Shown: piece by piece, positions 40,201-53,138 of the stretch
Layout: the number at the start of each line of letters is the position of its first letter
How positions within the stretch are numbered: position 1 is the first letter of the stretch
From: Octopus bimaculoides
Lineage: Eukaryota
Direction: 5' to 3'
Assembly: GCF_001194135.2 (NCBI RefSeq)
Contig: NC_068986.1
Span: 45,973,092-46,037,091, forward strand
Length of the DNA stretch: 64,000 nt
Made by a program: the position numbers and the translations under genes
Notes under the pieces: model-generated
Databases searched by the model: none
What the model was told of the DNA's origin: nothing
The model's input: only the letters and a program-made list of their open reading frames with translations

Positions 40201-42691
40201 ACAATGCTTGCTTATTCCTTATTACTGTGTAATTAGTAAACAAGGGTATAACTCAAAATACATTTCTAATTATGAGTTACTGTATATTTATATTTATTAC
40301 TTTAGTCATTATATTTATATTTAGAAAGTGTACTGATGTAAATGCATACACAAGCACAAACACACACACACACAGATATGCATACATATGCTCAAGGCTG
40401 TTTTCATTACAAAATTTATAAGATAAAAAGAGTTGCAAGATATTTCTTATCACTTGCTATGAGAATATTTACAAATAAGAAAGATAAATAATTCCAATAT
40501 AACCATAAGTTCCATTCTTCAAGATGAATCTTTCATATATTACTGAATAGTATAGTACAAGATTTTTTCTCTTTTCTAAAGCACTGAAGTTTTATGTAGA
40601 CAATTATTAGCATAAACATAATTGCAAATGTAATATCATCAGATAAATAAAAGTGAAGCCAAATCACACAACAGGCTGTATAAGGACATCAATAAAACCC
40701 TACCATAAATTCCTATCTTAAAAATAGCCTAAAGCGAAATAGAAATATTTAACCAGCTACAGTAAAATTTTAGTAATCTAAAACAGTTTATCATAATAAT
40801 ATTAAAGTAAACAAATGTAGTGTTATGATAATGATAATGGTAATAAGAGTAATTAGTGATACCTGTGGTGTTTAATCATAGACCAAAAATAACCAGTCTC
40901 GATGAATTACATAAACACTGCTTTTGGAAATGTTCCTCAGCCAATACAATATAAAATTAATAGAATTAGAGTTTAACAATCAGTACAGTTTAAATTAAGG
41001 AAGGTAAAATCTATTTCTTGTATGCTTCTTTAATCTGATCAGAAAATTTCCTATAATAAATAAAATAGGTTGGTATCATGCAGTGCTTGTTCATTCTCTG
41101 ACTAATGAGGAAGAAAAAGTTAACAGAATAATTTTTTTTGTAAGTATAATAGTAAAATCTGGCATTTTTGTCAGTGTTTCAGTTGTTCCACAATACAAGA
41201 TATCATGGGAATTAAATGAATAATGACATTTCATTACTTTTGCCTCCAAATTCAGAATGAATATTAAAAATAAATAGAACAAAAATAAAAATATAGAAGT
41301 GTCAAGATACCATTTCTAACAATGAATGAATGAAAGAAACTAAATATCATGTACATATGCAAATCCATGCTAAAAAGTAATTATAGTTACACACTAAAAT
41401 CGTCTTTAAACAACATAACTTTTTTATTGCACTCAATAAGAGTTATCAAACAGAAATGCATATAGTTCATTCAGGACATAATACAAAAACAAAATATTTA
41501 TAGGTATAAAACAGAATTTCAAATTTCTACAACTAATAGAAAAGGTAACTATCATATCTAAGGAAGCATCCAAACTAATGCTATTGTATTTTCTTCAAAG
41601 AGATGGAAGTGTATAACATGAAATCTGAATAATTCTTTTCAATACATCACAAGGTCATGAAATCCAGATATTGATTTCCTAAAGAGGTTAATGGCTTCAG
41701 TTTCAAGGGTGGATGCTATCCACCATTGAATATTGTGAGATATTCATATCTTTTCCAAAATCATTATCAATATAAGTAAAGTGAAATGCAAATTAGCTGC
41801 TGTGAACTTTGATTATTAGAATTTACTGCTGATGTAGAGTATTGCTCCAGTAAATTAAATTATTCAATAATACAATATTAGTTGTATATTCAAGACTGAT
41901 TTATATATTATTCATTCATCATTGGACTGCAGTTTATATCAATCTTTCATTTAAATGACATCCTTGGAGATGTAGTTTAGTGGAAAATGAACCCAATTCA
42001 TGCTTAATTGATCAGTTAGCTATGAACCACTTTTTTTCTTTCTCTCTCGTATGATACACTCCTCATGGCAACTAAACTTATCCAACACTTCTATGAATTT
42101 TACTATTGATTAATTGTTGTCAATACAAGCTGCTACTAGTTTCTTTAGGTTTGAGATTTTACTCTACTTTAATTGAATATGTTATTTTTAATAGATGTTT
42201 CTATAAAATTTATTCAGTAAAAATGTTTAAGATCCTGCTTCAGTTATTTTCTTTACAATTTTAAATTTATTAATCTGTAATTATGTATGCACTAATTAAT
42301 TAGTTAAATAATATTTCATGTAGAAAATGGTTTACTATTTATCATATATTTTCAATTCTTATGGAAATATTTATGACTATTAAAATTAATGGAAGAATTC
42401 AAAGAAATAAAATCTTTGGGAAAATATTTGAAACTAATATATCTTTGTTCTGGTTGCTGAAAAGGTTTAAAGGTTTAAACTATCCTGAAATGTGATGCTG
42501 ATGTTCTCAGTATTAATTTTTTTAATCAAGCCTAAAGCCATACATTTTATAATTGGAAATAAGATCAAACATTTTCATGATTTTCTCAAATGTATGAAAA
42601 CTGTAGTAAAGCTTTTGATAAAATGACTTATACACAACATCATAACAAGTTTTGTTAGGCTACTTTTCCAGCTAAAACAAGGGTTGATCTT

Positions 42692-42746
42692 GCATGGAGA
42701 AGACTACCATGGACTCTGTAAGATCCATGACAGTCTTCTCCACTGC
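42692..42746 (-). ncRNA. Candidate pre-miRNA-like hairpin (unverified)
   Basis: On the minus strand UGGAGAAGACUGUCAUGGA pairs with UCCAUGGUAGUCUUCUCCA (19 contiguous pairs including 2 G-U) around a 10-nt loop, plus 3 more pairs after a bulge. It matches no miRNA I recognise. Confidence 0.3.
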
Positions 42747-42789
42747 TCAATATATCACACTTCACCATTTTCCTTGCCCTCATTTCCTT

Positions 42790-42960
42790 CTGTATTATAA
42801 TTAACCATGTCTTTCATAGTCTTTGCTTACCTCTACATTCATTACCATCACTCTTCTTAACTGGTTACTTTTATTCATCCTAGCACATGATCCTACCAGC
42901 TCATCCTATTTCTCTTCTCAATATTCATTTCCTTCCAGTCTATATAATTCATTTGAGTTT
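42790..42960 (-). mobile_element. RTE-like LINE relic
   Basis: The minus strand gives a frameshifted W*DHVL / RMNKSNQLRRVMVMNVE, similar to the RTE WYGHVMRM region. Confidence 0.35.
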
Positions 42961-43610
42961 ACAAATCTCTTATTGAGCTATTCTCTTACAGCTGGACGCC
43001 TTTCTGTCTCTAACTCATATCTGTTTCTCAAGTAAGGAACGTTTTTTTACTCCATTTAACTTCAGAAGCACAGAGCTAGCAAATGATTAGTTCACAAACT
43101 GTTAGACTGTGTCAACAAATATCTATGTTTGTAGCTCAACACTTATCTAAACAAAGTGCAAATGTCAACATTTACTCAGATACATACGCACACACACACA
43201 TTTGTTTTGACCTTTTGATATTGTGGTGAATCAAAAGTTTTGCAATATTCTGGTAACTTATTTGCTTTAATTGTCAAGTTACAACAAACACTACCTAACA
43301 TTCAAAGTAAATGCCATCATGCTACACTGTCAAAGCTACCTTCCTGCACTTGCGATGCTTCATCAGCCAAGAGGATGTGTAAGCCTCAGTGAAGGATTTC
43401 TTCACCTCAAAGGATAGAAACTGGTAATAGCATAGGATAAAAAACTGACAGAAATGTGGCTTTAGATGGTGCAACATGATGACCTCTACTTTGAATACTT
43501 TTTATTGTAACTTAACGAATAAAGCAAAAAAGTTACCAAAATATTGGTACAACTTTTGACTCAACACATTATATTCAGAAGTATATATATATATATATAT
43601 ATATATATAT

Positions 43611-44310
43611 NNNNNNNNNNNNNNNNNNNNNNNNNNNNNNNNNNNNNNNNNNNNNNNNNNNNNNNNNNNNNNNNNNNNNNNNNNNNNNNNNNNNNNNNNN
43701 NNNNNNNNNNNNNNNNNNNNNNNNNNNNNNNNNNNNNNNNNNNNNNNNNNNNNNNNNNNNNNNNNNNNNNNNNNNNNNNNNNNNNNNNNNNNNNNNNNNN
43801 NNNNNNNNNNNNNNNNNNNNNNNNNNNNNNNNNNNNNNNNNNNNNNNNNNNNNNNNNNNNNNNNNNNNNNNNNNNNNNNNNNNNNNNNNNNNNNNNNNNN
43901 NNNNNNNNNNNNNNNNNNNNNNNNNNNNNNNNNNNNNNNNNNNNNNNNNNNNNNNNNNNNNNNNNNNNNNNNNNNNNNNNNNNNNNNNNNNNNNNNNNNN
44001 NNNNNNNNNNNNNNNNNNNNNNNNNNNNNNNNNNNNNNNNNNNNNNNNNNNNNNNNNNNNNNNNNNNNNNNNNNNNNNNNNNNNNNNNNNNNNNNNNNNN
44101 NNNNNNNNNNNNNNNNNNNNNNNNNNNNNNNNNNNNNNNNNNNNNNNNNNNNNNNNNNNNNNNNNNNNNNNNNNNNNNNNNNNNNNNNNNNNNNNNNNNN
44201 NNNNNNNNNNNNNNNNNNNNNNNNNNNNNNNNNNNNNNNNNNNNNNNNNNNNNNNNNNNNNNNNNNNNNNNNNNNNNNNNNNNNNNNNNNNNNNNNNNNN
44301 NNNNNNNNNN
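43611..44310. other. Assembly gap
   Basis: Run of N after a TA array. Confidence 1.
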
Positions 44311-45184
44311 TATATATTTATATATAGTCTTCTGTATGTAACAGTAAATATATATATATATCTATACACACACATGTATATACATATATGCATATATATG
44401 TGTGTGTATTTAATGACTGTCATCTGAGACTGCTTTAGCTGAAAGAAATTCTATGGATCTTTAATAACTTATATAGTTATCCTATTATAATTTTCTTCAT
44501 CTATTCAAGTTACATTTATATATGTTTATTTTATATAAAGTGCAACATTTTGAAAATACTACATTTGATGTTTGCTTAAAAAGATTTCTATATTTTGGCT
44601 CAACTATAAGCTTTACTAATATGTTCATTAGATATTACATTTATTTCAGTATGTGAACCTAAGTTGTTCTTGTTGACATATTCTAGTCATAACCATTCTA
44701 TCTGATTCTTTCACAAAATATATCCAAGATTACATTATCCAATGTATTCTTACATTTTCATGATGGTAACGTGAATTTAGTTGCTATCTCTAACAAATTG
44801 AGCTACTATATACAGGCATGTTTGCTAGTTTGTGAAATTGCACTATTTTGTGTTGTGGTTGTTATAAATATGAACCTGTGGAAACTATTTTATATGAGGC
44901 TTGTCAAGGAGGGAAAGGGTCAAGTACCTACAAATATTTTTATTTCTCCAGTGCTCCTGAGACTGTTAGAAAGGAAAAAGCTATTCCAAACTATAAATCT
45001 GGTCCAATGCTTGTAGTAGAGCTGGATTTATTAAATGTACTCCAGGCCCAAGTGGTTGTTTTAGACAAACTGATTGAGTCAGATATGCAAGATCTCAGAA
45101 TGCAACATACTGGAACAAATACCGAAAGAGATCTTCGCTGATGAAGTAGAATGTTCTCTATGTGGCTTGTGTGTTTTCTCGTCT

Positions 45185-45284
45185 NNNNNNNNNNNNNNNN
45201 NNNNNNNNNNNNNNNNNNNNNNNNNNNNNNNNNNNNNNNNNNNNNNNNNNNNNNNNNNNNNNNNNNNNNNNNNNNNNNNNNNNN
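45185..45284. other. Assembly gap (exactly 100 N, probably unknown size)
   Basis: Run of 100 N. Confidence 1.
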
Positions 45285-45405
45285 ACAGGTCACCAACTCC
45301 TCTTCAGTTATTGGCCAGAAGGTCAAGTGCAATTCTGGCCATTACAGTAAATTATGGATAATGGCTGAAATTGCGCTGATAACTTAAGAGGAACTGGTGA
45401 CCTGT
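45285..45405. repeat. ~120-bp imperfect foldback element
   Basis: 45285-45311 vs 45379-45405 match at 24/27 as inverted repeats; inner gcaattctggccatta / taatggctgaaattgc also pair. The left end abuts a gap. Confidence 0.75.
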
Positions 45406-45703
45406 GTTTTCTGTTCATCTGTGTATTTAGTATATGTTTGTATGTTTATTTACTACGTTTTTTTGAATTATATATATATATATTTATATAGGTATGTCCT
45501 GCTTTGTGTTTGTTGTCTTTTTATTTAATCCTGAAATTATTGTTTATGTAACGCACACATTAATTTTTTTACCCTTTATATATATATATATATGGGTAAG
45601 TGACATAGTCAAACACTTTGTGCCTAGATGGAAAAGGAAAGATTTAATCAAGAGAAAAATGAAAGCAGAATGTGTATGTATAATCACATTGTCTAGGTGA
45701 TGA

Positions 45704-45742
<39 letters not shown>

Positions 45743-46609
45743 TGTACAATAGCAAGAACATGTAGTTTAGCTATTCAAACACTTTATGTAAGGAAAGAAA
45801 CTCAGGAAGTGATAAGTTCAATTAGGGCAATTGCTTGGCAGTTATCACTGATACAATGAAACTTGGCAAAATAGAGTCTTTTGATGAACAGAGAAAACAA
45901 TTTGAAACAATGACAGGAGTAACAATTATTTTAAAATATTATATTTAGAAATATTGTTGAATGGTTATCAGTGTCATAATGATAGTAATATATAACAGCT
46001 ACATCATTTGAATACTCTTATGAAGTTTGCAGCAGAGCTCTTAGATGTGTTTAATTAGTCCAGTTATCAGGAGTAGGATCTAACATTCCAGACCTGTGAG
46101 TGAAGGTAGAGAAAGGAGGTGTGGTTGTCAATCTGGCTGCAATCCAGTAAAAGAAAATAATTGTTTCTAATTTGCAACCAAGCAACTTCCCTTTCTCTTC
46201 TTTTCTTACTCTGAAATTAAGTGCAAGGACATAAAAATGTAGGTTTCTTTATTCTTCATAATCAACTGATTGGATTTTCTATGGCTCCTCTTATAGACTT
46301 AGTTGTTATTAAACCAGGCTAGTACCAGTTTCTCTAGGTTCTGGATTTTATTCTGTGAAGTTTGTAGATTACACAATAAGGATTATCAGTTTTGTTTCCA
46401 AAATTTGATAACACAAATAAAATACGACCAATCACACTCCCTTCTATGTAGTAATTATATTGTTTGTTAAATGTAAATTGTACTGAAAAATTACAAGTTT
46501 TAACAGGTGTGTTAATGTGTAAATATTTAATATATACATTGACAAGTATAAAAATGTATTTTCTTCTACATGCTTCTCCATGTATTTCTCTAATTCTTTT
46601 TCTCTATCT

Positions 46610-47019
46610 TTTATCTTTTACTTGTTTTAGTCATTGGACTGTAGCCAGTTTGGAGCATTGCCTTGAAAGGTTTAGCTAAACAAAACTTATTTTTTTAAAG
46701 TCTGGTACTTATTGTACTGGTCTCTTTTGTTGAAATCACTAAGCTATGAGGACGTAAATAAACCAACAATGATCGTCAATTGGTGGTGATAGTAAGTTGG
46801 AGACAAACAGGCAAAAAAGACACACACATACATGCACTTGCACATACACATATGTGTGTGTGAGGAGCTTTTGCATAGTTTCTGCCAACCAAATTCACTC
46901 ATAAATCATTGGCCAACCCAGGAGTATTATAAAAGACAATTATTCAAGGTTCCATACAGTGTTACTGATTCTGAAACTACATGGATGCTAAGCAAACTTC
47001 TTAATCCCACAGCCATGCC
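46610..47019 (-). mobile_element. SINE family B, complete uninterrupted copy
   Basis: Tail cttgttttagtcattggactgtagcc..ctggtacttatt, a short CA/GT array, and head ..caaattcactcataa..cccacagccatgcc. Confidence 0.75.
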
Positions 47020-48841
47020 AACAATTTATTTGTTGCTATTGTTGTTTAACATCAGCTCAACTCAAACTCAGTAGATTTATGATCATAACATTCCACGCAT
47101 GACTATACCCTCTAGGATTACATTATACACTGTGTCTTGCTTTTTATTTGATGATAGAATATGAACTGAAGGAACATGGTTGCTATTTTCAGCTGGTTGA
47201 GTGACTGCACAAATGTCGGCTTATGTTATTTATTGATAAGTTGTCTTGTTCTGTGAATTAGCTTAAATTAATGTATTTCTATATTGTTTGTGGTTGTTGC
47301 TCTTGTTGAACTCCAGACTAACTCTAATTGAGTAGAACTATGATCAAAAGTATTTCAACAATGACCAAACAATCTTTTTTCCACATGTCTATAAATCTAT
47401 ATTACTCAATTTGAGGATACTGAAGCTTGATGCAACCCTACAGCTTGATGGTTCCTTGTCAAACTGCCCTGCTTATGCCAGAATGGAAAGTAGACGTTAA
47501 ATGATGATGATGATGATGTGTATTTCCTTATTTTTTGAAGACAATAGAGTGAGATTCAAGGGGATTTGGTTGCTAATTTTCCAAATCCAGTAATTATAGA
47601 GCATCTGCGTAGTGATTGTAATTGTTGGTGCAATGTTGCTTAAAGTTTACTAATAAATTTCCTTTCGTTTTATGGAAAATATTCATCTTATTCAGTCAAG
47701 TTTACCATCTATTTAACATTCAAATATGTTATGTATGCAAAATATGAAGTGTATATACAGTGTCCCCTCTAGTTGCATTTTTAGGAATATATTTAAACTT
47801 GTACAAGTTTTATGATTTGCATCTGTCACATGAATATGTAAATTTGTATAGAGGTAAGAATCAGATTGAAACAAATCATTAGCATAATGACATAAGAAAA
47901 TTTCAAAGATAAAAACATTAAATCAAAGGTTTCTACCATAACTAATGAAAGAGCAAAACTACAGATAAAATGTACAGACACAAAAGATATACAAAGTCTA
48001 ACACAGCTTATATAATGGATGTGATTTTTCAACACAAATGTTATATAAAACGCGAAGTAACCACACCATAGACATGAATGAACTCAACACTAACTGCAAA
48101 TTCTTAGAAATTAACACAGTATTTAAATCACACAACCAATTCGATAAAAGGTAAGAAGTTAAGTCCTTATGAACATAACTTGCTACACTGAGTAGAGTTA
48201 CAAGAATAAACAGAGTAAATTAGATTAAATCTTAATTAGCACAGTTCTGAGATAACTTTAAGATTTATTTTCATGTTGAATAGCCAATTATCAACCAAGG
48301 AACTACAAACGACTAATAAAGAATAAGTTAATAAACCATAAGAAACCATAAATCAATACAACTAGTTTATAAGCAATATAATGCAGAAATGTGACAGCTC
48401 AAAGTAACTAAAAATGAACTAAATGAATTTATTTCATTAACTCACACATCACACCTTACTCCATTTATAGACGAATATAATCCCCAAGACCATTATAAAA
48501 ACATGAAATCTTAACAAAAATTACCACACACTCACACATTGTCAGGAATTTGCAAAAATGTTTTTCTCTATTAAAGTAGTAAAGCATTTCACTAACATAT
48601 GCAACTATAACATTAATATTGAGTTGAAAGTTACATACAATCATTCAAATGCATCGCCAATATCCATTTTCAGCACTACCCTAAAAGTGGTACTTAAAAT
48701 CTACATTATCACAAAAAACCCCTTCATTTGTTGCTAATTCCAGCATATTCAGAGCAGTATTTCACCTGTGGTACCAAGTTTTCCCAAATTACTTTATGCC
48801 TGAAGATCAAAAGTATTTATCATTTGTGATGTCAAACTATG

Positions 48842-48887
<46 letters not shown>

Positions 48888-48901
48888 CTTATGCATACAT
48901 A

Positions 48902-48965
<64 letters not shown>

Positions 48966-48978
48966 CATACATACATGA

Positions 48979-49567
48979 ACTTTCCAGTGCCTCCAGTCTG
49001 ACCTCTCCACTTCACACATCTTCCCTAACCAACCCCTCCCCTCCTTCAAACGAGCCCACAATCTACGAGACCTCTTGGTCCACAGCTTCTTCCCCAACTC
49101 AACCTCCCAGCCTGGCTCGTTCCCGTGCTCCCGCCCACGCTGCCATACTTGCCCTTACCTCTCCAACACCACCCTCCTCACCAGTACCCATCATCGACCT
49201 ATCGTATCACAACACACCAGCACTGACCAATTTCGATCCCCACATTTTCACACCTACACATGCGCACGTCAAGATCACCAGCACTCTCTTGCACACGTAC
49301 ACCTTCGTTTTGGGATCACTAATACTTTGTTATATCCCCTTCTTCTTAACTCTCCTGTGTGATCCCTCCATCCGGCATTCACCATGATAGATCGCTAACC
49401 ACTACACACATTTTTTTTCTCTCTTTATTTCTTTCTGTGTTCCTTTCTGTGGAAGAGCGTAGGCTCGCAACATTAAAGACTTTTTCAATTCCCAAGCATT
49501 ATACTAATACATCTGTTTTTTTCTACACTACCTGTCTTCGTCTGTTGTTTATTTGTGAATTGTCCCT
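48979..49567 (+). mobile_element. Penelope-like element (PLE) 3' fragment
   Basis: C-rich island with an open frame 48979-49362: [49 protein letters not shown], the linker and CxxxRCxTC motif found between RT and GIY-YIG in PLEs. The GIY-YIG core itself is not recognisable. TA/TACA microsatellites flank both sides. Confidence 0.8.
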
Positions 49568-49599
49568 ATATATATATATAGATATATATATATATATAT

Positions 49600-49640
49600 A
49601 TGACCGCAGCCACTTGGCTGAAACACATAAATAAATAAAT

Positions 49641-49641
<1 letters not shown>
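49600..49641 (+). repeat. Short retroposon 3' end with (TAAA)n tail
   Basis: atgaccgcagccacttggctgaaacacataaataaataaata; partner of 19760-19801. Confidence 0.9.
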
Positions 49642-49726
<85 letters not shown>

Positions 49727-49993
49727 CATACTTATACATATATATTTATATACATATATGTATAGGTATGAATATATACATATGTAAAAGGTCAATACTA
49801 ATATAGAATTTACACTTTTATATGTAACCTATGCATAAACAAAATATGATACAACAGCCATTGTTTTAAATCATATACAAATGGGTATCAGCAACAAAAT
49901 TTAATTTCTAGCCTTATAAATCATCCCATGTAAGAACACATACCATTACCAGTTTACATTATACTCAAGCACACACACACACACACACACACA

Positions 49994-50245
49994 GCCTAGT
50001 TATTAGAGTATTGAACTTACAATAGCTAGCTCATTGGTTTGATTCCCGGACCAGGCAACACATTGTATTTTTGAGCAAAACACTTTGTTTCACATTGTTC
50101 CAATTAACTCAACTGTAAATGATCGGGGGGAGGGGAGGGGATATTGGCCTGCTTGCCTACCCAGTGGGGTGGCATCATTCACATTGTGAAACACTTTGTG
50201 ATCAGCGATGTATAACAACATCTGCTAGCCTAGTCGATACCATGA
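49994..50245 (+). mobile_element. tRNA-headed SINE with CORE-like central segment
   Basis: Degenerate A box gcctagttattag and B box ggtttgattcccggacc, followed by ttttgagcaaaacactttgtttcacattgttcca. The CORE-SINE resemblance is from recollection, not alignment. Confidence 0.5.
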
Positions 50246-53093
50246 TACTATGATATATATTTATATACAGTATACAATAGAGAATTCGCAATAAAATTCA
50301 TATTAAAATGAACAGATACATTGCAATAGCATTCCATGATATATGAGAAATACAAATAAGCACTTATAAATAATGCTAACTATGGAAAATATCAATAAAA
50401 ATTAAATAAAAATTCATATAACATGTACTATAGTTACTAAAAAAAGCCAGAGCCACTTATGATATTAATTCCTAAAATATTCTAGGTATAAAATATCATC
50501 TGAACTTATCTCTTTGCCAAAATACTATTACAATACTATTTTGTATGATATATGAAACATATCTGGTAGTTTTCTCTAAAAAGTATTGAAAATAACATAA
50601 AATTTATTTTTAAAAAAATCAGACATTTATTTCCCACATGACAGCAGCAAATGTCATAATGTGTTATATATTGGTGAAATTTACACAATTCTAAGCAGAC
50701 TCTTAACAATTCAATTCGAGCAAAGACTACCTTATATTTTTATAAAGTTCTCAAACGCAAATTATGTATAGTTTGGAAAACTATATAACTATTTCACACA
50801 AAATCATAAATTATAAAAAATAGACAAAATATATTATAGTTGTAAAAATTGAATTCCAGTTCTTAAAAAATCTAACAGCTGAGAAATGAACTACAACTTA
50901 CATGGAATAACAGTAAAACTATAACTAGATACAATACAAAATTATTTGACTTGTTACACATGACTTGTGCCTTTATAATTTTTACATGCACCTAGAAAAT
51001 ATGTGAATGCCATTTGAGTGATAGAGAAAAATAAAAATTTCCTATTTTTAAATCCAGAATATATGCACACATATATGTTCATGTGTGAGTGAACATATTT
51101 ACACTCACAGTTAAATGTATTGCATTGAAAGTAAATTAACTGGACAAAATGCTGAAGCTTCAGTACCCCAATAAGAACTTCTATACAATAGTTTCTACAA
51201 GCACAATAGGGAAGGTCTGTAATAATACATTGTAAATATAAATGCCGCATACAGTTTGTATAAAACATAACATGTTGTATAACATATAAATAAAGATTGT
51301 TATCTGAAAGTGAAAATTCAAGTTTTTCAGAACATTAATAAATAGAGTTATGAAGGTTATGATACTCTATGATTTAATATATAAAAGTCAGAATGAAATT
51401 AAAACAATATCACATCAATAAAACAGGAAAAATTAAAATAGATAAATTCTTAATGAGACCCAGTTAAGTATAATTAATTTACATATGGTTCCCTGTGGCT
51501 GTTAATAACAAGGAGATTACCGTCCCCTCACAAAACAAGACAACATCCAAAATTTTAATTTGATATTAAGGAATGGAAGGAAGATGCATAGAGTTCATGT
51601 ATTTAATTTTTTTACCTATTACAAAGCTCTTACAATTTTCATTTAGTGGTAATGGAATAGAACTATTTCATTCTTTTAAAAACATCTTCTGCATGACTTA
51701 ATCTATAGCATATTAATTACAAAAAGAAACATTTCTTTAAAATTCAAGTTGAAATTAATTACAATCTGGGGAAATTCATTGAATATATTTTCTTTTGTTC
51801 TTCATAGAGCATAGGTAGTTTAGGAAGTGAAGGAAAGAGAGAACATTCTTAGTGCTTAGGTACAAAGTAATAGCTGCTTCCAGAGGGAACTTGCTATTGA
51901 GAAAGTTCAGTTGTTCAAGAAAATTTAGTCACAATAATCTTGAAAATTATAAAATATTTGGAACTTTGTACCAAATCTTTCTCTCTCATTGCTTAAAAGT
52001 TCATCATATGCTCTCAATTTCTCCCCTTTAATATCTTTAATGTCTCAAAATAACAGATTCTGTATTTGTCTGTGTCTTACATTAGCTATCCTTATATCAC
52101 TTCCTTTTGTTATTTGCCTTCTATACTCCCTCCCTTTTTATTGTTGTCTTCTACATAGGTCTATTGAATTAATTTGGTGATGAGCACTAGCATCTGCCGA
52201 GTTAAATGAGTAAAAGAAATCATGGTATATATTTATTAATGTACTTGCATATAGATATACACATAAAAATATGCAATAAACATTTTCATGATTTTCTGTA
52301 TAAAATCATAAACACACGTACACCCACACACACACACACACATTCCCTGCTTCCATCTCTTAAATTCTATACAATAATGAGTTGGGATCTACTTACAAAA
52401 TAACTTTGGCTCTATCTATGATATTACTCTTTCAAGCTTCTTAACAGGAAATAATATCTATTGTATGATTTAAGAGAATACTTTTAAAATGATCTCTAAA
52501 TTTTAAGAGATTTACATTAGGTAATTATATAAATGATACTAAATATCTCTGGTATCATCTGTTATCTAGCTACATTGAAGTATATTAAAGGATTAAACAC
52601 ACAGAGCATTATGCTAGTTAGCTCTTTGACCAGTTAATTACACTGCATTTCTTATCTGGTTATTTAAATCTATTCTCTGAATCAATCTTTTATTGCTTTT
52701 CACAGGAAATTAAGAAACAAATTTTGCATTAGAAACCCTTGATTCTAAGATAATTCTAAGATCAATAATAATACCATTGCCTATATAATTGTTAACTTGC
52801 CTTGTGGTTGTGGTTGTGTATGTATATGTGTATGTGTATGCACGATAAGTATGCACGATAAGATATTGGAGAAATAGTACATGTTTTGAGACTTAAAATC
52901 CATTACAAACATAATGACTTGCCTTCATTCACATAGTTGTTTGGAATAAGTGGGTTGATTTTTTAGGAGTGTTACCTGTACATTATATTGAAAGAAACTG
53001 GAGAAGTAATTTAACTTAGTTCATTTAATGCTAATGAGTCCAGTGGTAAGAACTTTTATAAAATTGGATTGTTATAGACAATACACACACACA

Positions 53094-53138
<45 letters not shown>

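Noticed and set aside
42820-42835. Strong minus-strand donor gag|gtaagc
   Set aside because: It falls inside an RTE-like relic with stops upstream.
45123-45146. GAAA and CTGATGA close together, suggesting a hammerhead ribozyme
   Set aside because: There is no room for stem I between the putative cleavage triplet and CUGAUGA, and no stem II is visible.
3118-50060. tRNA-like A/B boxes (e.g. 3150-3170, 39720-39800, 50030-50060)
   Set aside because: They are SINE heads; no complete cloverleaf is present.
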